DNA of 64,000 nt from a bacterium (GCA_965213625.1 CBDBZU010000004.1:832001-896000), one strand, 5' to 3'; positions 49,727 to 60,862 are shown, counted from the stretch's first letter. A program made the numbers and translations. Notes: generated by a model from the letters alone, not told the origin.

Positions 49727-51148
49727 ATGGTTCGCTTGCAAACGGAAACAAAACGATATGATTACACCAAAAGTCCAATCGGGCGAGGCTTGGTGGTTCT
49801 GTCCCTACCGATTTTCGCAGAACTGATTTCTTGGAACATCGATACGATCGCTGAAATTTACTGGGTAGGTCGGTTGGGCTCAGACGCACTCGGAGCGATG
49901 TCGTTGGGATATATGATTCCCATGATGGTGAGGGCGATGGGAATGGGAATTCGAGTAGCGGGGCAAGCGCTGGTTGCGCAAAGAATTGGCGCGAATGATG
50001 AGGCAGGCGCTGCTCTTATAGCGGGCCAATGCATTTTGCTTCAAACGTTCTTCTTCATTCCCTTGTGTAGCGCGGGATATCTGTTCTCGCCTTATTTGAT
50101 GGGATTGATGACATCTGATCCGAGGCTTTTGTACTTGTCGACAATTTATCTCCAAGCCGGGTTTCTCGTGCTTTTGTTCGTTGACGGAATATTCACCCTT
50201 GCAAATATATTTCGTGGCGCCGGTGAGCCGAAATATTCGCTTTGGGGGATGATGATCAATTCAGGCGTCACATTCATCGCAATGCCCGCTTTCATCTTTG
50301 GTTTCGGATTGATTCCCCCGTTCCACTTGGCCGGCGCGTATTACGGATTAGGCATTGGCAGGCTGGCAGGTTGTGTCGTGATGCTAATCATTCTTTTCAA
50401 GGGGAATGCCAGAGTAAGGCTGAAATTACACCATCTGATTCCGCGATCCTCTGAAATGAAGCGCATCCTGGGATTGGGTTGGCCCGCCTGGGGGCAAATG
50501 TTTTTTGAGAGAGGCGCTAACTTGGTATTGGTCTGGATGCTTGCCCCTTTTGGCGCGCTGGCACTTGCGGCATGGGGTCTTGGCAGTCGTGTCAACAATA
50601 TGGGAAGAATGCCCGGATTTTCACTTCAAGGGGCAGTTCGCACGATGGTGGGCCAAAACATCGGTGCGAGAAAGCCTGAGCGGGCCATTCGCAGCGCTTG
50701 GGTGACGGTGGGGGCCGTTGTTTCCATCATGGTTGTCGTCGTCGCAGGCTTAGTTGTCTGGAGCAAAGAAGTCGTTACTTTTTTCGGGGTGAAAGGCGCC
50801 GCCTTGCCCCATGCGGTGATTTGTCTGCAAATCTTATGTGTAGGTCTCGGGTTCGAGGCTACGAGGCGAGTAGTAGCTGGGATTTTTGAAGGAGCTTCAT
50901 CCACCCGGCCTCCGATGATCGTTGAAGCAATCGTTCGCTGGGTCGTGCAGTTGCCGGGCGCCTATATGCTGGCAGTTTGGATGGGATATCGGGAGTTTGG
51001 AATTTGGTGGGCTGTGGCGGCGAGTCAACTCATCGGCGGTTTGGCGCTGTTCTTGTGGTTTGCGTTCGGCTGGCGACGGCGAATAGAAAGTTTGGCACCA
51101 AAGGTCGAGTCATCCGCACCATCAAAGCTTGAGTCTCATGCCTCATGA
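49727..51148 (+). CDS. MATE-family efflux transporter, paralogue 1
   Basis: About 12 TM helices, VGRLGS.ALGA, VAQRIGA, VGQNIGA. Confidence 0.92.
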   Translation: MVRLQTETKRYDYTKSPIGRGLVVLSLPIFAELISWNIDTIAEIYWVGRLGSDALGAMSLGYMIPMMVRAMGMGIRVAGQALVAQRIGANDEAGAALIAGQCILLQTFFFIPLCSAGYLFSPYLMGLMTSDPRLLYLSTIYLQAGFLVLLFVDGIFTLANIFRGAGEPKYSLWGMMINSGVTFIAMPAFIFGFGLIPPFHLAGAYYGLGIGRLAGCVVMLIILFKGNARVRLKLHHLIPRSSEMKRILGLGWPAWGQMFFERGANLVLVWMLAPFGALALAAWGLGSRVNNMGRMPGFSLQGAVRTMVGQNIGARKPERAIRSAWVTVGAVVSIMVVVVAGLVVWSKEVVTFFGVKGAALPHAVICLQILCVGLGFEATRRVVAGIFEGASSTRPPMIVEAIVRWVVQLPGAYMLAVWMGYREFGIWWAVAASQLIGGLALFLWFAFGWRRRIESLAPKVESSAPSKLESHAS

Positions 51149-52521
51149 CATCCCCAAGGCGCTATGACTACACAAAAGGCCCCATCGGTTTCGGGCTGTT
51201 TCGCCTGGCCGTACCCTCATGCCTGGAGCCGATAGCCTGGAACGCCGACATACTGGTCGAAATCTTCTGGGTGGGGCGTTTGGGGCCCGAATATCTGGCT
51301 GCGGTGTCGTTGAGCTTTATGATCATCTTCTTTTTTCGTGCGATTGGTTTCGGCATCAGAATCGCGGGCAGCGCTTTGGTGGCTCAGAGAATCGGAGCGA
51401 AAGAACCTGAACACGCAAGTCACGCAGCTGGCCAGGCGTTTTTGCTGGCGAGCATCTATTACGTCGCCATCAGCATTCTAGGGTATTTGCTGTCAACGTC
51501 TTTGCTAGGTCTTTTAACTTCTGACGCTAAAGTGTTGCGAGTAGGTGTCGGGTATTTACAGGCATCTTTTCTCACCATCGCGTTCGTAGATGGCATTTTT
51601 ACGGTTTCGCATAAATTGAAATCGGCCGGAGAACCTGGAAAGTCCTTGATTGGGCTTGGAATTTCGACGCTCATGTCCATAACGTTCATTCCTCTACTGA
51701 TTTTTGGTCTGGGGCCGTTCACGGGATTCGGACTTCCGGGCTCAGCAATCGGCATCGGAATGGGACGTATTATAGGAATTGCTGTCGTTCTGTGGATTTT
51801 GACATCAGGACGTTCTCGCCTCCGTATCCGGTGGATTCATCTCAAGCCCCATGCGCAAACCATGCGCCGCATCATTTCTTTGGGTTGGCCCGCTGCGGCG
51901 CAAAATTTGCTTGAGCGCGGCGCCCTTCTCATTTTGCTGAAGATTCTGGCGTTGTTTGGGCCGGTGGTGTTAGCTGCATGGGCGATTGGGAATCGGCTCG
52001 GGACGTTTTCGCGATTACCCGGTTTTGGGATTCAGTCTGCCGTCCGGACGATGGTGGGTCAAAACATAGGCGCCGACCGACCGGATCGGGCGCTAAAAAG
52101 CGTCTATCTCGCTACGGCCGGCTTGTTTGTCTTGATGTGTGGCGTGACTATTCTTTTGTATTTTTATGCAAGGGAAATTGTCTTGATCTTTGGTATGAAA
52201 AACGAAGGAATCGACGTTGGCGTCATTTGTGTTCGCATTCTCACAATCGGCACATTGTTTGAAGCTATCCGGCGAATGTTGGCGGGCGCCTTTCAGGGGG
52301 CTGCAAACACGAAACCGCCGATGGTTGTCGAAGCATTTGTCCGGTGGGGTTTTCAGATTCCACTTGCGTATTTTGCCGCTATGCCGTTGGGGTTCGAAGC
52401 TGCCGGTGTATGGGGGGCTATGACGATAAGCCATTTAATGGGTTGCGCATGCCTTTTGGTTTGGTTCTTGGTTTGGAGCAGACGAAGAGGAATAGGCTCA
52501 CATGCGGAAGCAAGATATTGA
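51145..52521 (+). CDS. MATE-family efflux transporter, paralogue 2
   Basis: Same motifs as paralogue 1; ATGA overlap with it. Confidence 0.92.
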   Translation: MTSPRRYDYTKGPIGFGLFRLAVPSCLEPIAWNADILVEIFWVGRLGPEYLAAVSLSFMIIFFFRAIGFGIRIAGSALVAQRIGAKEPEHASHAAGQAFLLASIYYVAISILGYLLSTSLLGLLTSDAKVLRVGVGYLQASFLTIAFVDGIFTVSHKLKSAGEPGKSLIGLGISTLMSITFIPLLIFGLGPFTGFGLPGSAIGIGMGRIIGIAVVLWILTSGRSRLRIRWIHLKPHAQTMRRIISLGWPAAAQNLLERGALLILLKILALFGPVVLAAWAIGNRLGTFSRLPGFGIQSAVRTMVGQNIGADRPDRALKSVYLATAGLFVLMCGVTILLYFYAREIVLIFGMKNEGIDVGVICVRILTIGTLFEAIRRMLAGAFQGAANTKPPMVVEAFVRWGFQIPLAYFAAMPLGFEAAGVWGAMTISHLMGCACLLVWFLVWSRRRGIGSHAEARY

Positions 52522-52718
52522 TGATATTTAAAACGACCATTGCGTGGAGTGCCGCGCACAACGAAAAGCGAGGGTGGATGAGACGATGGCTATAGCGAGT
52601 CACGTTCGCCTGGGGCGGAAAACCAGTAGTATATGTATATTGAGTGAGACGGTTTGATATTGAACTTATTTTCACTTTGAGGCCAGCCGGCGAAGAGCAC
52701 GTTGAAAGCGAGAGAATC

Positions 52719-55082
52719 ATGAGCCGCAAAATAGGTTGTCTTTATTTCATTTTGTTGATTTCGCTTGTTCTCTCCACCCTAGCATATACGGCGGATGTTG
52801 CCTCAAGCGAAACGACAGAAACAAAAGACTGGTCGATCGTGTTGCAAGATGCGACCCGATATCTTCAAGGTGAGGGAAAGACCCCGGCCCTTACTCAAGG
52901 ATATTTGTCCTTGGTGCGGCAAATCCGCTCACGAGCGGATGATGTAAAATCAGGACTTCAACAAGAACTCCAGCAATCTGAAAAGTTACTCGAAGCTATT
53001 GGTCCTTTGCCAGCAAAGGACAGCCCGCCAGAAGCAAGAGAGATCGCCGATAAAAGAGAACGATACAATCGTCAAATCACTGCAGCCCGAGCGCGCATCG
53101 CTGAGGCTGACCTGGCCATTGTTCGTGCTGCGGATTTGGAAGAATCCTTCTCCCGGGAGAGGTACGAGCGACTTTTTGGGGAGATTTACCGTCGTACGCC
53201 GATACCCATCTCTCCCAGCGTAGTGGCAAAGGGTGTTCCAGAAATTGCAGTTGAATTTCGACGTATTCTTCTTTCTCCATGGGATTGGCTCGAAAAACGG
53301 TCGCTTGGTGTTAGTACTGTTTTATTGCCGGGAATGTTGATTTTAATTCTAGGCGCGGGCTTGGGGTGGGGAATACGGCGGAGCGTTTTGAACCTGCTTG
53401 GCCGCGCTCCCGGAATTTTGGAACCCTCATTTGTGCGTCGGTTTGGCGCCGCCGCCGTAGAAGGTTTTGGCAACAGTATTTTGACGGGAGCGGTTTTAGC
53501 CGCTTTTTATTTATGGGTGACCCGACCGGGCGCTTTGGTAAGTGGTCTCTTTGGAGAAGCGCTCACGTCTTTCCTTTTATCCATGTTGTTCTTTTGTTTG
53601 GTTGTTGCGTTTGCGAGGTCTTTTATCTCTCCGAATCGGCCGACATGGCGACTCACGGGGCAATCTTCAGAAAATGCGCAAAGCGCTTATCGTTTGATTT
53701 TTTTGCTGGCGGCTGTTTTTTCTGCCGACATGTTTTTCTCGTACCTCGAGGGTGAAGTGGTGAGGTCGGCAGAGACAATGGCCATCTACGCTGCGGTGTT
53801 CGGGACTTTGGAGGGTTGTTTTTTCGTCAAGCTCGGCCGGGCGGAACTCTGGCGAGCCGAAGCGGCTCAAGATGGCGAAATCCAGCAGGATGGACAGGCG
53901 TGGAGATTGATTCGTCACACGGCAAGAGTGCTTGCTGTAATCGGTATTGCAGCATTGTTTGTTGGATATGGCGCATTAGGCAAGCGCCTTCTCACCAACC
54001 TTATTTGGACGGGCCTTCTACTCTGGATAGTGGTCCTATTGCGTGGATTGATGCGCGAACTTGTATCCTGGTCGACAAAATCCGAGTCTGTCCAAGACAA
54101 ACTCCACATTCCATCGCGCGTGATCGAGAGGTTTGGTACCTGGGGACGAGTTGTTGTCGATCCTGTCGTTTTCCTTTGCGGCATCCTCATTATTGTGCCT
54201 GTTTGGGGAGTGCCGCCGGATGATCTGATTCGCTGGACGCTACGAGCCCTGTCCGGGTTCCAGGTGGGCAGCATTCGTATCTCTATCATCGATATTTTTA
54301 TGGCCATTGCCGTGTTCTTCCTCGCCATGGCCGGAGCAAGGTTCCTGCAAAGGCAGTTGTCAGAGCGTTTGCTGGAGCAGACGAATTTACCTACGGGCAT
54401 TCGCCATTCCCTGAACGCAGGGTTCGGTTATGCGGGTGTAATCGTTGCGGCGTTATTGAGTATTTCGGTGACGGGAATCGATCTATCGAACCTTGCGCTG
54501 GTTGTCAGTGCCCTCTCGGTGGGGATCGGTTTTGGACTGCAAAATGTGGTGAACAACTTTATTTCGGGATTGATACTTTTAGTTGAAAGGCCTATCAAAG
54601 TTGGCGATTGGGTGCGCGTAGGCAGTGATGAGGGAATTGTAAAGAGAATACAGTTTCGCGCGACTGAACTCGAAACCTGGCAGCGTGCTTCGGTGATTAT
54701 TCCAAACGCGGAGATTATTTCGACATCAGTTACCAACCTGACGCATCGAGATCAGTATGGTCGAGTAGAAGTCAGGGTTGGTGTGGCGTATGGCTCTGAT
54801 GTGTCGAAAGTTCGAGAGATTTTGTTGGATGTCGCCGAGAAGAATGAACAGGTAAGTCGACAGCCCGCACCTGCCGTCGTCTTTCGTGATTTTGGCGACA
54901 GCAGCCTGGATTTCGAGTTGCGGTGCTTTACTTCGAATGTGATGAGCCGACTGGGGGTCGCGAGTGATTTGAGGTTTGAGATTGAACGTCGGCTTCGAGA
55001 AGAGGGTATCGAAATACCCTTCCCGCAAAGAGTCGTTCACCTCATGAACCCACATTCAAGCGAACGTGAAAAAGAATCCTAA
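52719..55082 (+). CDS. Large MscS-family mechanosensitive channel with periplasmic N-terminal domain
   Basis: ALSVGIGFGLQNVVNNFISGLILLVERPIKVGDW, IPN, GVAYGSD, IEIPFPQR. Confidence 0.93.
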   Translation: MSRKIGCLYFILLISLVLSTLAYTADVASSETTETKDWSIVLQDATRYLQGEGKTPALTQGYLSLVRQIRSRADDVKSGLQQELQQSEKLLEAIGPLPAKDSPPEAREIADKRERYNRQITAARARIAEADLAIVRAADLEESFSRERYERLFGEIYRRTPIPISPSVVAKGVPEIAVEFRRILLSPWDWLEKRSLGVSTVLLPGMLILILGAGLGWGIRRSVLNLLGRAPGILEPSFVRRFGAAAVEGFGNSILTGAVLAAFYLWVTRPGALVSGLFGEALTSFLLSMLFFCLVVAFARSFISPNRPTWRLTGQSSENAQSAYRLIFLLAAVFSADMFFSYLEGEVVRSAETMAIYAAVFGTLEGCFFVKLGRAELWRAEAAQDGEIQQDGQAWRLIRHTARVLAVIGIAALFVGYGALGKRLLTNLIWTGLLLWIVVLLRGLMRELVSWSTKSESVQDKLHIPSRVIERFGTWGRVVVDPVVFLCGILIIVPVWGVPPDDLIRWTLRALSGFQVGSIRISIIDIFMAIAVFFLAMAGARFLQRQLSERLLEQTNLPTGIRHSLNAGFGYAGVIVAALLSISVTGIDLSNLALVVSALSVGIGFGLQNVVNNFISGLILLVERPIKVGDWVRVGSDEGIVKRIQFRATELETWQRASVIIPNAEIISTSVTNLTHRDQYGRVEVRVGVAYGSDVSKVREILLDVAEKNEQVSRQPAPAVVFRDFGDSSLDFELRCFTSNVMSRLGVASDLRFEIERRLREEGIEIPFPQRVVHLMNPHSSEREKES

Positions 55083-55084
55083 GG

Positions 55085-56101
55085 TTACTTGTACGTGTAG
55101 GGTTTGGGCTCCGGCTTCTGGCCGATCTTGTTTCTCATGACGCCCAGCGGCCCCATGTCAATTTCCACGATATCCCCTGGCTGAATCCAACGGTCAATTT
55201 CCATACCGCACCCCCCAGGAACAGTGCCGGACCCCATCAGATCTCCCGTGAGGAGATTCTCGTCCCTCGCGGTGTAGGCGATTATTTGAGAGAAAGTCCA
55301 GTACATCTCTCCAGGAGTGGTTTCCACCCACGTTTCTCCATTGACTCTCGCGGCCATGGGAATGTTTTTGGGATCGCCGACCTCATCGGGTGTAGCTATC
55401 CAGGGACCAAAACTCCAGCACCAGTCCTTGCTTTTGTAGGGACCGGTTCCCATTGCCATTTCGCCCCCTTGCGCGTCCCGGGCGCTCCAGTCGTTTAATA
55501 TCGCGTAACCAAAGATATGTTCATGTGCATCACCTTCTGAAATATCCCGTCCCGGAACACCGACCACACAGCAGAATTCAAGCTCGAAATCCATTTTTTC
55601 CGTAAAGCTGGGCCAGGGGACTTCCTCCTCAGGTCCGGCCATGTGAGCGCAACTCGCTTTGAAGGCGAGGGGACGCTCGTACCAGGTTTTGGGGATTTCA
55701 AGGTTCATCACCTCAAATGTTTTCTTGAGATGACGCTCGAACCCGGCAAAACCTCGAATTAGCGGGGGTTGTTTGATGGGTGCGAGTAGCTGGGCTTCAC
55801 TTGGGGAATATAGGATTTGCTCCCCGCGAGGACCGGTGGCGTCTTCGTTCTCGATGGCATATTCGAGAGCTTCTTCCGCGGCTTCGATGCCACCTTTGCC
55901 AGATGCCGCGATGGCCAGCATGTCGGATGGAATGAGAGCGTCCGCCATGGCTTGGGGTCTTGAGGAGCCACGCTGTTTGAACTCTGCCGCTGCAGCGAAA
56001 TTAAGATCGACATATCGGAGGTCATCACCTTCGGTTACAGCGGCGCCCAAACGCTCAAATGGGCCAACAGGTGTTCGCACTTCAAAGGTGCAAAATTTCA
56101 T
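55085..56101 (-). CDS. Fumarylacetoacetate hydrolase family protein
   Basis: FERH, DFELE, NDWSARD.Q, KSKD, GSGT..GCG.E. Confidence 0.92.
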   Translation of the reverse strand: MKFCTFEVRTPVGPFERLGAAVTEGDDLRYVDLNFAAAAEFKQRGSSRPQAMADALIPSDMLAIAASGKGGIEAAEEALEYAIENEDATGPRGEQILYSPSEAQLLAPIKQPPLIRGFAGFERHLKKTFEVMNLEIPKTWYERPLAFKASCAHMAGPEEEVPWPSFTEKMDFELEFCCVVGVPGRDISEGDAHEHIFGYAILNDWSARDAQGGEMAMGTGPYKSKDWCWSFGPWIATPDEVGDPKNIPMAARVNGETWVETTPGEMYWTFSQIIAYTARDENLLTGDLMGSGTVPGGCGMEIDRWIQPGDIVEIDMGPLGVMRNKIGQKPEPKPYTYK

Positions 56102-56148
56102 GGCTTCTCTCCGGGATGGCTAATGGATGGTGTCCTTATCTTTTTTCT

Positions 56149-56673
56149 TTATTTTAAATCAACTTTGTCCCGCTCGTCCGTCTCAGGGAAAGGACCTTCC
56201 TTGATTTCGATTACCTTTGAATCATCTTCCAAGAATTCAACTTCATGCCCTTCATACATCAGTATGAGATCGTCGCGATGCAAAATCGCATCGCCCAAGC
56301 TTTCCCCCTCTTTGGTAAACACGCCGACTCGAACCTTTCCGCGCTGGCACAGAAGAATCTGGTGCCGCGTGATATTCGTAGTTCTCTCTTCCACCACATG
56401 ATAATGCGCTTTGGTTATAGCGCCTTTGGGTCTGTTCAATACAATGATTTGCAGGGGTATTTCGTCATCTGTCATGTGAGCTTTGGTGTTGCGTTCCGCT
56501 TCGATGTCCTGGCCGGCATATGCAGTTCGGATGTGTTCTTTCGCTTTATCGGAATCCAGATAAGGAGGAAACTTGGCGTAATCGTTAAAATCTCCTTTGA
56601 TGTGGATGGCAATGATGCGCCCATCAGAAGCTTTGTAGTAATCCACGCTTTTGGAATCGACTTCTAAAGACAT
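56149..56673 (-). CDS. Hypothetical cupin-fold protein
   Basis: AHYH, GHEVEFLED..VIEIKEGP. Confidence 0.65.
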   Translation of the reverse strand: MSLEVDSKSVDYYKASDGRIIAIHIKGDFNDYAKFPPYLDSDKAKEHIRTAYAGQDIEAERNTKAHMTDDEIPLQIIVLNRPKGAITKAHYHVVEERTTNITRHQILLCQRGKVRVGVFTKEGESLGDAILHRDDLILMYEGHEVEFLEDDSKVIEIKEGPFPETDERDKVDLK

Positions 56674-56748
56674 AATTCTCCTCGGGAGTAATTACTATCA
56701 AAGAAACAGCATTCCAGCACTTATTGGTGAAAATGGTTTTCAAGAATA

Positions 56749-57633
56749 TCACAATTCCACTTTTGTGATCTTCATGTGAAAGTCAAGCGGAGGGGCGGAT
56801 CGGACGAGCGAGCTCGTGGAGATATAATCCACCCCGGTCTCTGCGATGCCCCTGATGTCGACTCCTGAGATGCCGGAGGCCTCTAGCTCAAAGGTTTTTT
56901 GCGTTTTTAATGCAATGCCGACTTTCCGGGTACGGGCAACGGCTTTTTGGAGTGTTTCGATGTCCATGTTATCGAGCAGAATCATATGTACTCTTCCGTC
57001 TTCGATGACTTCTTCCAGTTGGGCCAGGTTCTGCACTTCGATTTGAGTATCCGTCATGTATCGGATGCCGAATTGTCTGTCGATGGCGGTGGTGATAGAG
57101 CCGGCGGCAACGATGTCGTTGTCCTTTATCATCTCCCCATCAAAAAAACCGAGGCGGTGATTCTGCCCACCTCCTGCGCGAACTGCGTATTTTTCAAAAT
57201 AACGCAAGCCTGGCCGGTTCTTCCTCGTATCAATGATGCCCTTGAGGGTTTCTGGAAAGTGCCCGAAACGAGCCAATGTATTTGCCGTGTGCGTGGCGAT
57301 TTCAGAAATATGCGAAAGAAGATTGAGCGCAGTGCGTTCCGCCTTCAAAATGGTCTGGGTATGGCCGGAAACGTGCGCCAAAAGTTCGCCCTTGCAAATT
57401 CCGGCACCTTCGTCTTTTTGCCAGTTGATTTCGGGTGGACTGCTGTTCCCGAGAGCCAAAAGATTTTGAGTTTCCTCCAGGATGAGCAGGAAAAAAGGAG
57501 AACCAGCGAGAATGGCATCGCTTTTTGTGCGCAACTCCGCCCCGCACAAGGGGTCTTTTTCAGCGTTGTACTGGAGGGGAGCGCCCCCAAAATCCTCTAG
57601 GAGCCAATCGCGGATTATAGAGCGGATATCCAT
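56749..57633 (-). CDS. nadC: Nicotinate-nucleotide diphosphorylase (quinolinate phosphoribosyltransferase)
   Basis: ERTALNLL, DTRK, EKYAV..GGG.NHR, IKDN, LLDNM, EASG. Confidence 0.93.
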   Translation of the reverse strand: MDIRSIIRDWLLEDFGGAPLQYNAEKDPLCGAELRTKSDAILAGSPFFLLILEETQNLLALGNSSPPEINWQKDEGAGICKGELLAHVSGHTQTILKAERTALNLLSHISEIATHTANTLARFGHFPETLKGIIDTRKNRPGLRYFEKYAVRAGGGQNHRLGFFDGEMIKDNDIVAAGSITTAIDRQFGIRYMTDTQIEVQNLAQLEEVIEDGRVHMILLDNMDIETLQKAVARTRKVGIALKTQKTFELEASGISGVDIRGIAETGVDYISTSSLVRSAPPLDFHMKITKVEL

Positions 57634-57651
57634 ATCGAGTGATAATTAGAG

Positions 57652-58764
57652 CTACACGATTTCGAGCATACGTTCGATGGGTATTCGTGCGCGTCGCGCC
57701 AGTTCCGGGTCCACGGTAATTTCATGCTTTAGATCGCGCAGGCATTCGTACAGGTTTTGCAGCGTGTTTTGTTTCATGTAGGCGCAAAGGGCTTCACGAC
57801 TTGCAGGAATCAAGGTTTTGTCTGGAACCGCCTTGGACATTGGGTGGAGGTTCCCGACCTCGGTGGCCACGATGACTTCCGAGTGCGGGACTTCCTCTAC
57901 CAACTTGATCATGCCCTGAGTAGATCGGAATTGGAGCATGTCCTCAGGCACGATGCCGTCGTTTACTTGCCGCATACAGGCGCTGGTGCATCCGCACTCG
58001 GGATGAACCACTGTGATGGCCTCGGGGTGAAGTTGTTGCTGCTCCATGACATGGTGCGGGCGAATTCTCTCATGAACATGACACGCACCCATCATGAGAT
58101 GGAGTCGGTCCAAAGAATGTCCTTTACTCTCCAGGAGTTTAGCAGCGTAGAAGCCCAGGAAGACGTCTGGCAGGAACAGAATGGGCTGCTCGGGCCTTGA
58201 GTTTTCTAGAATGTGGAGGGTGACCTTGCCCGCGTTGGCGGAGGCACAACAGTAATCGCTCTCGGCTTTTACTTCGAGATATGTGTTTACATAACTGATG
58301 ACGATCCCGTCTGGATGCTCTTTTTTCCAATCTCGAATTTTATCGACATCAGCATGAGCGGCCAGAGAACAGAGCGCCTTCAGGCTGGGGGCCAAAACTG
58401 TTTGGTGGGGTTTTTTGAGAGCTGCCAAAATTTGATTCATGAACAAGACGGATGGCTCGACAAGATAATCTGCATCCGAGGCCGCGCCTTGTTGGGCCAA
58501 GTACAATGAATCTCCGATGACATCGCATACGTCCTGTATATCTTTGGGCACATAATTATGCGCCAGGACAAGAGCGTTTCTTTCTTTCTTAAGACGCCGG
58601 ATCTCACCTTGCAGGAATTCTCTTTCCTCTTCCGTAATGTTTTCGGGATGAGCGCCTTCTGGGATTTCGGGAACATCAATAGAAGGTCCGAGGTCTGCTT
58701 GATCCATCAAAGCGATGGCATCTTTTGCAGGAAGGATGTCACCGGCTTCAATATCTATAATCAT
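57652..58764 (-). CDS. nadA: Quinolinate synthase
   Basis: LAHNY, GDS, CSLA, YVNT, CHVH, HPEC, C.YMK. Confidence 0.94.
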   Translation of the reverse strand: MIIDIEAGDILPAKDAIALMDQADLGPSIDVPEIPEGAHPENITEEEREFLQGEIRRLKKERNALVLAHNYVPKDIQDVCDVIGDSLYLAQQGAASDADYLVEPSVLFMNQILAALKKPHQTVLAPSLKALCSLAAHADVDKIRDWKKEHPDGIVISYVNTYLEVKAESDYCCASANAGKVTLHILENSRPEQPILFLPDVFLGFYAAKLLESKGHSLDRLHLMMGACHVHERIRPHHVMEQQQLHPEAITVVHPECGCTSACMRQVNDGIVPEDMLQFRSTQGMIKLVEEVPHSEVIVATEVGNLHPMSKAVPDKTLIPASREALCAYMKQNTLQNLYECLRDLKHEITVDPELARRARIPIERMLEIV

Positions 58765-59227
58765 TTGATACTCCACTTATTTGAACGTCGTAAAGAAACG
58801 CTATTTGTAATCAGAAAAGTTGCCTTCTTTGCTTGCGCAATAAATCACAAGAGGAGGTAAAAAATAATAAGCCCCATTAAAGCAACAGTTTCTCTCCTGA
58901 CGAATCTAATATGGTATGGGACATGGAATCTCTTACCCCCTTCTTCTCTAATTATTCCAGTCTTACGGATATAAGTAAAATGGAAATATAGAAAAAAATG
59001 ATTTTTCCTTGCCGACGAGTATAGTTTTTGTTAGGTTTTGTTATTGTGATTTCTGTTTTGGGTCATTGAAGATGCAGGGGAAGAGGATCGTCACCCTGTA
59101 AAATGGTTCGAATCGCGGGTCGCCGAGCGAGACGACTCGTTTTTTATTTGTTTGAGCCTAAATTCAACGTACCCCCATCAACTGTTTTCGTTATTACTCG
59201 AGAAGCTGGGGGTTTGGGGAATCCATC

Positions 59228-59425
59228 ATGACCCGTGGTGTGGTTTGGTTGTTGGGCACATTATTTTTGTCAGGACTTTTTATTTTTGCGCTTTATGGGA
59301 TTTGTTCGAATTCGTTGATTTTTCCAAAATTAACTGGATATTTTTGTCCGAAACCCCGGATGAAATTGATAACTGTTCCACAGAACCCCGCATCCAAAGG
59401 TGTGGAGCAGAAAAAAACTAAATGA
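59228..59425 (+). CDS. Possible small membrane protein (65 aa)
   Basis: Hydrophobic N-terminus with a basic tail; ends just upstream of the MmgE/PrpD gene. Confidence 0.35.
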   Translation: MTRGVVWLLGTLFLSGLFIFALYGICSNSLIFPKLTGYFCPKPRMKLITVPQNPASKGVEQKKTK

Positions 59426-59455
59426 TTGTCAAAGATTTTACAGAAAGGTGAGGTT

Positions 59456-60862
59456 ATGAACGATTCAGATTCTCTCATCACAGATGCTATCGTCGAATTT
59501 GTCTTGGAGACGGAATACGAAGCCATTCCTGAAGATGTACGAGTAATCATGCGTCGCTGTTTCGTGGATGGAATCGGTCTGATGGTTGCAGGTTCCACGG
59601 AAGAAAGTGGCCATATCATCCAAAACTACCTTAAGGAAATCGGAGGAGAGCCCGAGGCGCGGGTAATCGGGACCAGTATGATGGCGCCGGCCCACCTCGC
59701 CGCCTTAGCCAATGGCATCGCAGGCCATGCAATGGATTATGACGATACGCAGTTGAGCAGCTATCCGGATCGCGTGTATGGCTTGTTGACTCACCCCACG
59801 TGTCCAGTGATGCCCGCTGCTCTAGCTCTTGCCGAGGCGCTGGGTGCAACGGGACAAGAATTACTCACCGCATTCGCCTTGGGTTTCGAAGTGGAATGCA
59901 AGGTGGCGGAGGCGATTCGGCCGGATCATTACGTAAAAGGATTTCATTCCACAGGAACGATCGGCGCCATTGGGGCGGCGACTGCAGCGGCAAAATTGAT
60001 GGGATTGAATGAACAACAATTGCGCATGTGTTTCGGAATCGTTTGCTCGGAAAGCGCCGGTCTGCGTGCGAATTTTGGAACGATGACGAAGCCGTACCAC
60101 TGCGGTCGCGCGGCGGAGAATGGCGTCGTAGCGGCGAGACTGGCGTCGGGTGGATACACTTCGGACCCCACGGTTTTTGACGGGCAGTGGGGATTTTTCC
60201 AGATCATGGGTGGCGGCTGCGATAGGGATTATATTGTCGGGAAACTCGGTAACGCCTGGTCGGCAGTGGACCCGGGCGTTTCGATTAAACCCTACCCTTG
60301 CGGTTCCCTTGCGCACCCCGCCATGGATGCGGCCAGGGACCTGATTTTAGAAAACGACATCAAACCCGACCAAGTGAAAGAGTTGCGTTTTGGCACCACC
60401 TCGCGCGTACTGGAGCCATTGCGCTACAAGGAACCACAGAACGAACTGGAGGCGAAATTCTCTTTACAGTTTGGTTTCGGCATCTTGCTGCTTGAGCGCG
60501 CGGCCGGAATCGCTCAATACAAAGACGAAGTCGTAAAACGCCCCGATGTCGTAGAGATGATGAAAAAGATCAATCCTTTCATGGACGATGAAATCGAGGC
60601 TCAGGGTTATGCGCTCATTCGCGGTAAGGTGGCGATAGAACTTGAAGATGGGAAAGTGTACGAGAAAATGTCGGAAATCTCGCGTGGCACCCCTCAACGC
60701 CCCATGGACCGAGAGGAGCTTTACGAAAAATTCACGGAATGCACCAGCTTAGTGTTCGAGAGCGATCAGATCGCCTTGATTGAGGCGATGCTCTATAAAA
60801 TTGATACGCTTGAAAATATCCATGGTCTTATCGATCTCTTGGGCGAGAAAGTAGAAGTCTAA
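59456..60862 (+). CDS. MmgE/PrpD-family protein
   Basis: NG.AGHAMDYDD, HPT, GFHSTG, FGTMTKPYH.G, KPYPC..HP, AKFS. Confidence 0.93.
   Translation: MNDSDSLITDAIVEFVLETEYEAIPEDVRVIMRRCFVDGIGLMVAGSTEESGHIIQNYLKEIGGEPEARVIGTSMMAPAHLAALANGIAGHAMDYDDTQLSSYPDRVYGLLTHPTCPVMPAALALAEALGATGQELLTAFALGFEVECKVAEAIRPDHYVKGFHSTGTIGAIGAATAAAKLMGLNEQQLRMCFGIVCSESAGLRANFGTMTKPYHCGRAAENGVVAARLASGGYTSDPTVFDGQWGFFQIMGGGCDRDYIVGKLGNAWSAVDPGVSIKPYPCGSLAHPAMDAARDLILENDIKPDQVKELRFGTTSRVLEPLRYKEPQNELEAKFSLQFGFGILLLERAAGIAQYKDEVVKRPDVVEMMKKINPFMDDEIEAQGYALIRGKVAIELEDGKVYEKMSEISRGTPQRPMDREELYEKFTECTSLVFESDQIALIEAMLYKIDTLENIHGLIDLLGEKVEV

Noticed and set aside
58777-59000. NAD riboswitch upstream of nadA
   Set aside because: The sequence is AT-rich with no convincing stems; an Rfam scan would be needed to be sure.
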